Shown here: in pieces, positions 40,442-48,687 of the stretch | Numbering within the stretch: position 1 is the stretch's first letter | Layout of the letters: each line of letters opens with the position of its first letter | Source: Chloroflexota bacterium | Lineage (GTDB): Bacteria; Chloroflexota; Anaerolineae; Anaerolineales; Villigracilaceae | Assembly (NCBI GenBank): GCA_016191845.1 | Contig: JACPVF010000015.1 | Location: 343,258 to 407,257, forward strand | DNA length: 64,000 nucleotides | Direction: 5' to 3' | Made by a program: the position numbers and the translations under genes | The notes under the pieces: model-generated | Databases searched by the model: none | What the model was told of the DNA's origin: nothing | The model's input: the letters and a program-made list of their open reading frames with translations, nothing else

Positions 40442-42597
40442 TCCGACCCGATCGTATCGTCACCACCACCTGTCCCTACTGCGGCGTGGGCTGCACCCTG
40501 CAACTGCATGTCAAGGATGATTTCATCTTTAAGGTCACCTCGCCGTTCGATTCGCCCGTCAATCATGGCAACCTGTGTGTAAAGGGACGCTTCGGCTACG
40601 ACTACGTCTATCATCCCAAGCGGATCACCACGCCGCTGGTGCGCAAGATGCCGCAGAAGGCGGGGGAGCGCACCCAGGCCTTCGACCTGTCTGAGTGGCG
40701 CGAAGTCACTTGGGACGAGGCGCTCGATACTGTCGCCGACAACCTGGTCCGCATCTACCAGCAGGACGGTTCGGATGCGATGGCGGTCTACTGTTGCGCC
40801 AAAGCCACCAACGAGGATAACTACCTGCTCCAGAAGATGTACCGCGCCCTGTTCCGCACCAACAACGTGGACCATTGCACACGCCTGTGCCACGCAGGGT
40901 CGGTGGTGGCGCTGCAACAGGCGGTCGGCTCTTCGGCCATGAGCAACACCGCCTCCCAGGTCTTGTTGAATGACGTTTTCATCGTGACGGGCTCGAACAC
41001 CAGCGAGAACCATCCCATCATCGCCTTGCAGATGAAGGAGGCGGTCGAGAAGCATGGCGCAAAGATGATCGTGGTGGACCCGCGCCGCATCGACCTGGTG
41101 GACTTTGCCGAGCTGTGGCTTCCGCTCAAGCCTGGCACCAACGTGCCCGTCTTCTCGGCCATGGCGCAGGTTATCGTCAAGGAGAACCTGGTCAACTGGG
41201 GCTTCGTCAACGCGCGCACCGAGGGCTTCACCGAGTTCCTCGAGTCGCTGGAAAAGTTCACGCCCGAGTTCGCGGAACAGGTCAGCGGCGTACCTGCCGA
41301 AGATATCCGCCAGGCGGCGCGGATGTACGCCACGGCCGGGAATGCCGCCATCTACTGGGGCATGGGCATCTCGCAGCTCTCGCACGGCACCGCCTCCGCG
41401 CTGGCGCTGATCCATTTGGCCTTCCTCACAGGTCATGTGGGACGTGACGGCACGGGCCTGAATCCCCTGCGCGGACAGAACAACGTGCAGGGCGCCAGCG
41501 ACATGGGCGCCATGCCGTTCCATTACCCTGGCTATATGCGTGTTGACAACCCTGAGAACCGCGCCAAATGGGAGCGGGCCTGGAACATCGAGGAGGGTGG
41601 ACTGAGCCTCAAACTCGGCCTGACCACCACCGAGATCCTCAGCCATGCCCATGAGGGCGGCATCCGCGCGTTGTACATCATGGGCGAGAACCCGATGATG
41701 TCCGAGCCGAACCTGAACGTGACGCGCCATCACATGCAGCAATTGGAATTCCTCGTGGCGCAGGACATCTTCATCAATGAGTCTGGCGCGTTTGCGGATG
41801 TCTTCCTGCCCGCCACGCCCTTCGCCGAAAAAGATGGCACCTTCAGCAACACCGACCGCCGCGTCCAACGGGTCCGCGCTGCGCATCCTCCGCGAGGAGG
41901 GTCCCGCCCCGACTGGCAGATTCTGTGCGACCTGGCGCTGCGCATCGAAGCCCGCCTCGGCCATCCCACCGCCAAATGGGACTACACCCATCCCGAGCAG
42001 ATCCTGCGCGAGATGGCGGACGTCAACCCCGATTACGCGGGCATCACCTACGAGCGCATCGACCAGGTCGGGTTGATCTACCCCGTCCCCACACTGGACC
42101 ATCCTGGCACGCCGACTCTCTTCACCGAATCCTTCCCGCGCGGGCGTGGCAAGTTCGTCCCGCTGGACTATGTCCCCGTCAAAGAGGAGCCCGACGACGA
42201 GTATCCGTTCATCCTGACCACAGGCCGTCTGCTCGAGCACTGGCACGGCGGTACGATGACGCGCCACTCGGCCCTCAACGAAGCCTACCCCGAGGCCCGC
42301 GTGGAGATTCATCCCGCCGATGCGGAGATTCACGGCATTCGAAACGGCGACCCGGTCAAGGTCCAGAGCAGGCGCGGCGAGGTGGTCCTGCGGGCCACGG
42401 TCACCGAGAAAACCACCGTCGGTGTGGTCTTCATCCCCTGGCATTTTCAGGAGGCTGCGGCCAACCTGCTTACCAATGATGCGCTCGACCCACAGGCCAA
42501 GATCCCTGAGTTCAAGGCTTGTGCCGTACAGGTCTTCCCCGCGCGATTGGAGGACCTGCCCAATCCTGACGTACAGGTCTCGCGAGGCCGTTATTGA
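40438..42597 (+). CDS. Molybdopterin (bis-MGD) catalytic subunit of formate dehydrogenase, cysteine type
   Basis: It has [17 protein letters not shown] and CVKGRFG (the N-terminal 4Fe-4S of the Mo-bisPGD family). The active-site region [15 protein letters not shown] has Cys where Sec-type enzymes have U. A C-terminal beta-barrel domain is present. Confidence 0.9.
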   Translation: MIRPDRIVTTTCPYCGVGCTLQLHVKDDFIFKVTSPFDSPVNHGNLCVKGRFGYDYVYHPKRITTPLVRKMPQKAGERTQAFDLSEWREVTWDEALDTVADNLVRIYQQDGSDAMAVYCCAKATNEDNYLLQKMYRALFRTNNVDHCTRLCHAGSVVALQQAVGSSAMSNTASQVLLNDVFIVTGSNTSENHPIIALQMKEAVEKHGAKMIVVDPRRIDLVDFAELWLPLKPGTNVPVFSAMAQVIVKENLVNWGFVNARTEGFTEFLESLEKFTPEFAEQVSGVPAEDIRQAARMYATAGNAAIYWGMGISQLSHGTASALALIHLAFLTGHVGRDGTGLNPLRGQNNVQGASDMGAMPFHYPGYMRVDNPENRAKWERAWNIEEGGLSLKLGLTTTEILSHAHEGGIRALYIMGENPMMSEPNLNVTRHHMQQLEFLVAQDIFINESGAFADVFLPATPFAEKDGTFSNTDRRVQRVRAAHPPRGGSRPDWQILCDLALRIEARLGHPTAKWDYTHPEQILREMADVNPDYAGITYERIDQVGLIYPVPTLDHPGTPTLFTESFPRGRGKFVPLDYVPVKEEPDDEYPFILTTGRLLEHWHGGTMTRHSALNEAYPEARVEIHPADAEIHGIRNGDPVKVQSRRGEVVLRATVTEKTTVGVVFIPWHFQEAAANLLTNDALDPQAKIPEFKACAVQVFPARLEDLPNPDVQVSRGRY

Positions 42598-42608
42598 GAG
42601 GAGAGAGC

Positions 42609-44492
42609 ATGAAACATTTATTGGTGACTTTACTGGTCGTGGGATTGTTGTTGAGCCGATCGAATGCGTACGCCCAAACTGCGGGCGTGCGCATTTTTCT
42701 TTTGGACAGGAACGGCCGCCCTGTCACTGCGCTGGTGGATGGGAATCAGGTCAGTTTGAAGGTCGAGTTGGAGGCGGTCGCCAGTGCAGACACGCGGGTG
42801 GATTTCCTGCTGGCGGGGCTGGATTCGCCTGTGACGACCTGTACCGTTTCATCGGGCAAGTCGGCCTGTCAGAGCGACGCTTTCCCCGCCCTGGGCTGGT
42901 ATTGGAATCCGGACGGCACTCCTCAGCCCCAGCGGACTCTCGTCGCGCGTGCCGATGGTCAGATGCTAGGAGACAGCCTCTCGCTGACCGTCGCGCCGCG
43001 TCCCGTCGTGATGGTGCATGGTTTCAACGCCGATTACACCACCTGGCTAAACTATCTTGGTGATGATGGCTACCTCGCTTCAATCGGTCTGCATGGCTAT
43101 GCCGTCGGCGATGGACAGGTGCCTGGCATGTTGAATACGGGCACGTTGAAGGACCCCACCATGCGCACCAATACCATCGCGCAGAACGCCGTCATCCTGG
43201 GCGAATACATCGACAACGTGCAGCATGCCACGGGCGCCGAAAAAGTGGACTTGGTGGTACACAGCATGGGCGGCATGATCTCACGCTATTACCTTGACCG
43301 TGTCATGACCGATGTGGACGTGGCGCAGTTGGTCATCCTCGGCACGCCCATGGCAGGGTCAAGCTGCGCCAGCCTGCCTGCTGCGCTCGGACTGTTACTG
43401 CCTGCCACGCTGGAGATCGAGCCAAGTTACATGGTGGGGGTGTTCAACCAGCAGATCTATCGTCGGCATGGCGTGCCGTTCCATGCGCTGGCAGGGAAGA
43501 AGTTGATCGACGCGGTGCAGTCGCCATGCACACCCGTCCCGTCTGATCTGGTCGTGACCGTCGACAGCGTCAAGGCCATCCCCATGCCCGTGCAGGAGAT
43601 CACGCTGCTGCATACCGAGTTGAACACCTCGCCCGAGGTCTTCGCGGACTTTGTCAAACCGCTGCTGCAGACCCCGCCTGGGAAATTCGAGTCACCCGCC
43701 GACCCGCCGCCAGGCTCGAACGCACCCCTCTCGCAGCAGTTCAGCAAGGTCTACACGGGTCACCTCGCTCCAGGCGAGACACGCGATGTGGTCATCCACA
43801 TCGATGCGAATGTGAGCGTGGCGAACTTCGCATTGTACGATACCTCGCGCTCGCTGGATATCACGGTGACGGGTGCGAGCGGCAATCAAATTCAACTCGA
43901 CGCGCAGAAGAACGGCGAGATCCGCGTGGAGGACCCGTCCACGCTGGTGTATCTTGGCTATGGTTTCAACAATCCCAAGCCAGGCAAATGGATCGTCACA
44001 CTGCACACCACCGCATCGACTCCGCCCGAGGGTGCCGACTTTGCCATCAACGCCCAGTTCAACGGCGGCGCGACCTTGTCCAGTACGCTGGATGTGACCA
44101 CGCCCAAATTGGATCAGCCTGTGACCCTGTCCGCCAGCTTGAGCGATAATGGCGCGCCCGTCACTTTGGATAGCGCCGAGGCCATCCTGCACCTGCCCGA
44201 CGGCCTGACCACCCTGCCGATGCAGATCTCAGGCAACACAGCCACGCTGAGTTTCACGCCGAAGGCCACAGGCATCCACGGCGTGGAGATTAACGTCACG
44301 GCTCACGCGCAGGATGGGACCGCCATCGACCGCGCCGCCTTCCTGACCTTCGAGACCGAGCCTGCCGAATCGCTCATCACCGCCAATCGTCTGATCGCGG
44401 TGGGTGGGGTGGTTGCATTATGTGGGTTGGGGGTTGTGTTCCTGATGGTTATGATCGTATGGCGCAGGAAAGCAAAACCCGTCCGTGGCTGA
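42609..44492 (+). CDS. Secreted, C-terminally membrane-anchored alpha/beta-hydrolase (lipase/esterase-like) with beta-rich accessory domains
   Basis: Signal peptide [22 protein letters not shown] follows RBS GAGAGGAGAGAG. It has [14 protein letters not shown], the nucleophile elbow VVHSMGG and a C-terminal [29 protein letters not shown]. Confidence 0.8.
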   Translation: MKHLLVTLLVVGLLLSRSNAYAQTAGVRIFLLDRNGRPVTALVDGNQVSLKVELEAVASADTRVDFLLAGLDSPVTTCTVSSGKSACQSDAFPALGWYWNPDGTPQPQRTLVARADGQMLGDSLSLTVAPRPVVMVHGFNADYTTWLNYLGDDGYLASIGLHGYAVGDGQVPGMLNTGTLKDPTMRTNTIAQNAVILGEYIDNVQHATGAEKVDLVVHSMGGMISRYYLDRVMTDVDVAQLVILGTPMAGSSCASLPAALGLLLPATLEIEPSYMVGVFNQQIYRRHGVPFHALAGKKLIDAVQSPCTPVPSDLVVTVDSVKAIPMPVQEITLLHTELNTSPEVFADFVKPLLQTPPGKFESPADPPPGSNAPLSQQFSKVYTGHLAPGETRDVVIHIDANVSVANFALYDTSRSLDITVTGASGNQIQLDAQKNGEIRVEDPSTLVYLGYGFNNPKPGKWIVTLHTTASTPPEGADFAINAQFNGGATLSSTLDVTTPKLDQPVTLSASLSDNGAPVTLDSAEAILHLPDGLTTLPMQISGNTATLSFTPKATGIHGVEINVTAHAQDGTAIDRAAFLTFETEPAESLITANRLIAVGGVVALCGLGVVFLMVMIVWRRKAKPVRG

Positions 44493-44683
44493 ACTAAACC
44501 CATCCAGAGATGGACAAAACCAGTCCAGGAGTAAATAAAACCGATCCACGGTTGGACTAAATCCATCCATGGATGGATAAAAACAATCCAGGGACGGATT
44601 AAACCCATCCGTGGATGGATTAAAACCGTCCAAGGATGGACAAAACCCATCTACAGATGGACTTAATCCAGCTACAGATGATT
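44474..44683. repeat. Tandem array of ten ~21-bp units (A-tract plus CCATCC-Nx-GGATGG-like mini-palindrome)
   Basis: The units were read directly from the sequence (see finding). The average period is exactly 21.0 bp. The first unit overlaps the last codons of the upstream CDS. Confidence 0.9.
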
Positions 44684-44691
44684 AAATACAG

Positions 44692-44726
44692 AGTCCGCAA
44701 GTAAAACTTGCGGACTTCTCTTTTTT
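44692..44726. terminator. Terminator between the convergent lipase-like and arcA genes
   Basis: AGTCCGCAAG-TAAAA-CTTGCGGACT followed by TCTCTTTTTT. Confidence 0.85.
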
Positions 44727-44733
44727 CTCCTAT

Positions 44734-45987
44734 TTACTCATCCCTTGCAATAGGGCAGGTCATGCAGTGACCGCCGCCGCGGCCTTTGCCCAGCTCGAAG
44801 CCTGGGATGGCGATGACTTCCACGCCCACTGAGCGCATTTTGGCAATGGTGTGCGTGTTACGCTCGTAGACGACCACCACGCCTGGTTCGAGCGCTACCG
44901 TGTTGTTGGCATCGTCCCATTGCTCACGCTCGCGCTGATACTGGTCGCCGCCCGTCTCGACCACTGTCAGCTTGACCTTGAGCGCATCCTCCACAGCGGA
45001 GAGAATGTTTTTTTCGTGGGTCACATGAAAGTCGCCGTGCTTTTTGCCCGGGCGCAGGCTGATCGCCCGGATCTGGTCCACCACCTTCGGGAACAGGGTC
45101 ACCTTGTCGCGGTCGAGCATGGTGAAGACCGTGTCGAGGTGCATGTGGGCGCGGTCCTTGGTCATCACACAGGCGATGACGCGTTCAGCACTGCCGTTGC
45201 TAAAAAGCGCATCCGCCACCTGTTCGATCATGCTGCCCTGCGTGCGTTCGGACATACCGATCAGCACGGTCTTGTTGCCGATGGGCAGCACATCGCCGCC
45301 TTCGAGCGAAGAACGGCTGAAATTCTGCATGTTGAACTCGCCATCAGTCTGATTCGGGTACCAGAACGGGAAGCCCGCATCCTTGAACATCGGATGATAT
45401 TTGTAAATGGCGTACATGTTGAGCGACTCACGCCGCCGCGCGGGCCAGTACATCGGGTTGGTTGAGACGCCGTCGAAGATCCAGCAGGAGGAGTCGCGGG
45501 TGAAGAGGCTGTTGGGCAGGGGCGGCAGCAGAAAGGAGTTCATGTCGGTCAGGGCTGCGGCATGCAGGGAGATATGTTGATAGGCTGCCCAATCGATGCC
45601 CGACTCACCTGCGGTCATACCGCCGATCAAATGCCTGGCGAGGATCTCGGGCTGGAGCGCTATTAAATGCTGGCGGACCTCGTCCACCAATGCCCAGCCG
45701 ACGGTGTATTCCGTGGCGATCTGCTCGACGATCAGCCGCCGCGCTTCCTCGCTGGCCTGCAGGGTCTCGGTCAGCAGGTCCAGCACGTAATAGACTTCCA
45801 CACCGCGCTCGCGCATGACCTGCGTAAAGTGGTCATGTTCCAGTTGCGCGCGTTCCACCCACAACACGTCATCGAATAAAAGTTCGTCGTGGTTGGACGG
45901 GGTCAGGCGCTGCAGGCTCAACTCGGGGCGATGCACGATGACCTTGCGCAGCTTGCCTACTTCTGAATGGACGCCAAAAGGTTGCAT
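44734..45987 (-). CDS. arcA: Arginine deiminase
   Basis: It has [25 protein letters not shown] (the canonical ADI N-terminus) and a C-terminal [10 protein letters not shown] catalytic Cys motif. The ATG at 45987 has the SD CAGGAGACAG. The ORF-track start at 46056 reads through a repeat element. Confidence 0.93.
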   Translation of the reverse strand: MQPFGVHSEVGKLRKVIVHRPELSLQRLTPSNHDELLFDDVLWVERAQLEHDHFTQVMRERGVEVYYVLDLLTETLQASEEARRLIVEQIATEYTVGWALVDEVRQHLIALQPEILARHLIGGMTAGESGIDWAAYQHISLHAAALTDMNSFLLPPLPNSLFTRDSSCWIFDGVSTNPMYWPARRRESLNMYAIYKYHPMFKDAGFPFWYPNQTDGEFNMQNFSRSSLEGGDVLPIGNKTVLIGMSERTQGSMIEQVADALFSNGSAERVIACVMTKDRAHMHLDTVFTMLDRDKVTLFPKVVDQIRAISLRPGKKHGDFHVTHEKNILSAVEDALKVKLTVVETGGDQYQREREQWDDANNTVALEPGVVVVYERNTHTIAKMRSVGVEVIAIPGFELGKGRGGGHCMTCPIARDE

Positions 45988-46007
45988 GATCTGTCTCCTG
46001 ATAATTA

Positions 46008-46096
46008 CGCCCTGAGCGGAGCCGCGATAGCGGCAAAGTCGAAGGGCATGTGTCAATAAGATTGAGATTGCTTCGCGCTACCGCGCTCGCAATGAC
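46008..46096. repeat. Dispersed palindromic intergenic repeat, copy C (arcA 5' leader / divergent promoter region)
   Basis: It has CTGAGCGGAG[CCGCGATAGCGGC]AAAGTCGAAGGGC plus a degenerate partner arm GATTGCTTCGCGCTACCGCGCTCGCAATGAC. Confidence 0.7.
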
Positions 46097-46180
46097 ATGA
46101 AATAATATAGCATGTCCAACTCCTGTTGCGCACAGGTCATTTGTCCCAGCGGCGGAATGAATTCACGTTAAAATCATCCC

Positions 46181-46816
46181 ATGTCCAAACCGTATCAAAT
46201 CCCGCTCAACGAAATCCGCCGCGAGCATGTGGTGGTCAACTCGCGCTTCATCGCCACGCTGGCACCCGCGCTCAACATCGACGAGGCGCGGTCTTTCATT
46301 GCCCGCATCAAAAAGGAATTTGCCGACGCTTCGCACAACGTGCCCGCCTACATCATCGGCGGCGGCAACACGGTGACCGAGTACTTCTCCGACGACGGCG
46401 AGCCCGCGGGCACTTCGGGCCGCCCCGCGTTGACGGTGTTGCGCGGCAGCGGGCTTGGCGACGTGGCACTAGTAGTGACGCGCTACTTTGGCGGGACCCT
46501 GCTCGGGACGGGTGGGCTGGTCAAAGCCTACACCGAGTCGGCGCAGATGGTGGTCAACACCGTCGGGCGCGGACAGTTGGTCCTGACCCACCTGGCGATG
46601 CTGGCGATTCCCTACAACCTGCTGGAGCGTGTCCGCCTGCTGGTCAGCCGTCAGCGAGGACAGGTCCTCAGCGAAGACTTCGCCGCCGATATCACCCTGA
46701 CGCTGCAATTTCCCGTCGAGTCGTTCGAGGCCTTTCAAACTAACCTGCGCGAGCTTTCCGCGGGCAAGCTGCAAGCCGAGGTCATCGAGACGAAAGAGAT
46801 GATCGTTCCACTATAA
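46181..46816 (+). CDS. yigZ: YigZ/IMPACT-family (UPF0029) protein
   Basis: SRFIATLAP...ARIKKEFADASHNVPAYIIG...SDDGEPAGTSGRPAL..L......DVALVVTRYFGGTLLGTGGLVKAY is the IMPACT N-terminal domain signature. Confidence 0.85.
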   Translation: MSKPYQIPLNEIRREHVVVNSRFIATLAPALNIDEARSFIARIKKEFADASHNVPAYIIGGGNTVTEYFSDDGEPAGTSGRPALTVLRGSGLGDVALVVTRYFGGTLLGTGGLVKAYTESAQMVVNTVGRGQLVLTHLAMLAIPYNLLERVRLLVSRQRGQVLSEDFAADITLTLQFPVESFEAFQTNLRELSAGKLQAEVIETKEMIVPL

Positions 46817-46851
46817 AAATGAGGCGGACTTCTAAAGTCCGCCTCATTTGT

Positions 46852-47676
46852 TTAATGGATGGTTCTCTGCACCCAGATGCCGTTCCAGTTGTCCACGCCG
46901 CCGCAGGAGAGGGTGAACTCGTCGTAGGTGTATTCCTCGCGCCGATTGGGGAAGGGATTGTACAACTCAACCCAGCCGCCATTGCCGCCGTTTCGCCCGG
47001 CGGGCATGACCTTGTCGAGCACAACCCAGTGGCCCACGCCTGCCCCGCGCAGCCGTCCCGTGCCGGCGTCGATGTTGACGCCCGCGATCAGGCGATGGGT
47101 CTGGAGCATTTTGTTGAAGCGACCGGGCGAGGGGCGGTAGCCGATGACCGGGTCGGTCAGGCCTACCTTGAAATCGAGGATATAGCCCAGCTCACGGCTC
47201 AGGCCGTACAGGTTCAGGATTCCCTCCAGAGTGCCGATCCCGGTGGTGTTGTCTCGTTTCCCACCGATGATCTTATTGTAGGCCTCGGGTAACTCCTGTT
47301 TCCACGTCTTCAGGACCTGGTCGATCTCCACGCTGACCAGGAAGGCCACACACAGTTCACCGCACAGGTTATGTTTGACATCGCCTTCGACGGACATATA
47401 TTGAGCGGCGTCGTTCGGGTCGGGGGTGGGGTTGGCGATCAATACTTCATTTGGATATTTTTCAAGGTAGTCTTCCAGGTAGGCGTCGTTGATCCAGCCG
47501 AGCTGTCCCTTGGCGATGACCTCCGACCACACGACCTGGTGGCCGAGCATGGTCAGGGTCTGCTGGTTGCCGGTGGGCGTAATAACGGTGCCGGTTGGGA
47601 GGTCGATCAGATTGGCGCCGTTAGGGGCCCGCCGAAGCGCGCCGTGGTCGATGATCCATTTTTGGTTCATGGTCAT
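46852..47676 (-). CDS. SH3-like domain plus papain-like (C39-like) cysteine peptidase domain protein, paralogue 2
   Basis: The N-terminal domain ends in GQLGWINDAYLEDY. A PTPDP linker follows, then QYMSVEGDVKHNLCGELCVAFL (Gln/Cys) and GVGHWVVLDKV...VELYNPF (His, Asn/Asp). The start is taken at MTMNQKW (47676) after AAAGGATGG. Confidence 0.7.
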   Translation of the reverse strand: MTMNQKWIIDHGALRRAPNGANLIDLPTGTVITPTGNQQTLTMLGHQVVWSEVIAKGQLGWINDAYLEDYLEKYPNEVLIANPTPDPNDAAQYMSVEGDVKHNLCGELCVAFLVSVEIDQVLKTWKQELPEAYNKIIGGKRDNTTGIGTLEGILNLYGLSRELGYILDFKVGLTDPVIGYRPSPGRFNKMLQTHRLIAGVNIDAGTGRLRGAGVGHWVVLDKVMPAGRNGGNGGWVELYNPFPNRREEYTYDEFTLSCGGVDNWNGIWVQRTIH

Positions 47677-47687
47677 TCCATCCTTTC

Positions 47688-48569
47688 TTAGCCGCCGAGG
47701 TTCCGCTTGACCCACCAACCGGGCCAGGACGGGCTGTTGCAGGATTTGATGAACTCGTTGAACGAGTATTCCTGACGGCGGTTGTGGTAGGGGTTGTAGA
47801 GTTCGACGCGGCCCGCATTCATACCGTTGGGCATGACCTTGTCCACGACGACCCAGTGCAGGATTCCCTTTTCGGCCACGGATTTGTTCTTACCTTTTTT
47901 GGTGGAGGTGTCGTCGTTCTTGTTGATCAGTTTTCCGCGGCCGTTGATGGTCACCATCGCAATGAGGAAATGCGTCTGGAGCATCGCACCGATGCGTCCC
48001 TGCGATGGCTGGAACCCGATCAGCGGGTCGGTCAGCCCGGCGCGGAAACTGACCAGGTTGCCGTTATCGGTGGTATAGCTATAGGCGGTCAGGATGCTGC
48101 GTAGGTCTTCAGCACCTGTTGGTTTGTCGCGATCCCCAGCCAGGATGCTGTTGTAGAAACTGGGGGCGGCAGTACGCCATTTAGCGAGCACCGACTCGAT
48201 ATCCTCCCGGACGACGAAAGCGATGCACAGCTCACCGCACATGTTGAACTTGGTCTTGCCTTCGACGAGCATGTATTGAGGGGCATCCGTCGGTTCGGGG
48301 GTGGGGTTGGGGATCTGCACCTCCGGGTTCGGGAATTGCTCGATGTATTCATCCAGCCAGGCATCGTTGATCCAGCCGGTCTTGACGACGCCATCCGATC
48401 CCGTGTATTGGACCTCGGTCCACAGGGAGTCTTTGGCGTTAACGGACAGGTGCTGCTGCTGGCCGGTCGGCTCAACAACAGCACCCAGGGGGAGGTCGAA
48501 GCGTTTGGCTCCGTTGGGGGCAGCGGTAAACGGGGTCAGGGAGGCATAACACCATTTCTTTGCAACCAT
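47688..48569 (-). CDS. SH3-like domain plus papain-like (C39-like) cysteine peptidase domain protein, paralogue 1
   Basis: Same architecture: GWINDAWLDEY, a PTPEP linker, QYMLVEGKTKFNMCGELCIAFVV and GILHWVVVDKV...VELYNPY. No signal peptide is visible. Confidence 0.7.
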   Translation of the reverse strand: MVAKKWCYASLTPFTAAPNGAKRFDLPLGAVVEPTGQQQHLSVNAKDSLWTEVQYTGSDGVVKTGWINDAWLDEYIEQFPNPEVQIPNPTPEPTDAPQYMLVEGKTKFNMCGELCIAFVVREDIESVLAKWRTAAPSFYNSILAGDRDKPTGAEDLRSILTAYSYTTDNGNLVSFRAGLTDPLIGFQPSQGRIGAMLQTHFLIAMVTINGRGKLINKNDDTSTKKGKNKSVAEKGILHWVVVDKVMPNGMNAGRVELYNPYHNRRQEYSFNEFIKSCNSPSWPGWWVKRNLGG

Positions 48570-48646
48570 GGGTTCTCCTTTCTACATCGCCAGGCTTGCA
48601 TAAAAAACTATTAAGAGTATAGCATGCCTGTCAATACGCGGAATCA

Positions 48647-48676
48647 ACAAGTGCCCGCCGAAAGGCGGGCACTTGT
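48647..48676 (-). terminator. GC-rich GAAA-tetraloop hairpin downstream of the TPR-like gene
   Basis: ACAAGTGCCCGCC-GAAA-GGCGGGCACTTGT has a 13-bp perfect stem. The U-run is weak on both strands. Confidence 0.5.
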
Positions 48677-48687
48677 CATCAGTGTGT

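Noticed and set aside
40438-42597. Selenocysteine-containing formate dehydrogenase (in-frame TGA plus a SECIS element).
   Set aside because: The ORF is uninterrupted, and the active-site position is a cysteine codon in the motif [11 protein letters not shown].
44303-44650. Minus-strand ORFs (115 aa and 71 aa) across the 21-bp repeat array, giving heptad repeats such as W(M/I/T)G(F/L)(V/I)(H/Q)P.
   Set aside because: The heptad periodicity is just the 21-bp DNA repeat read in frame. There is no SD before the ATG at 44650. The ORF also runs about 190 nt antisense into the well-supported lipase-like CDS.
44474-44683. Possible CRISPR array.
   Set aside because: The units are contiguous with no unique spacers. 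They are only ~21 bp long and degenerate, and no cas genes or leader are present.
44474-44683. Possible chromosomal origin (a cluster of DnaA-box-like sites; the units contain ATCCA and loosely recall A-rich 12-mer boxes).
   Set aside because: None of the units matches TTATCCACA well. There is no adjacent AT-rich unwinding element of useful length and no dnaA/dnaN/par genes. The location is a gap between convergent genes. I keep it only as an alternative to test by GC skew.
46852-48569. Prophage endolysin pair or prophage remnant.
   Set aside because: No holin, capsid, tail, integrase or repressor genes and no att-like repeats are nearby. The SH3-first/peptidase-second order and the tandem duplication are not typical of endolysin cassettes. 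It is kept as an uncharacterised peptidase pair.
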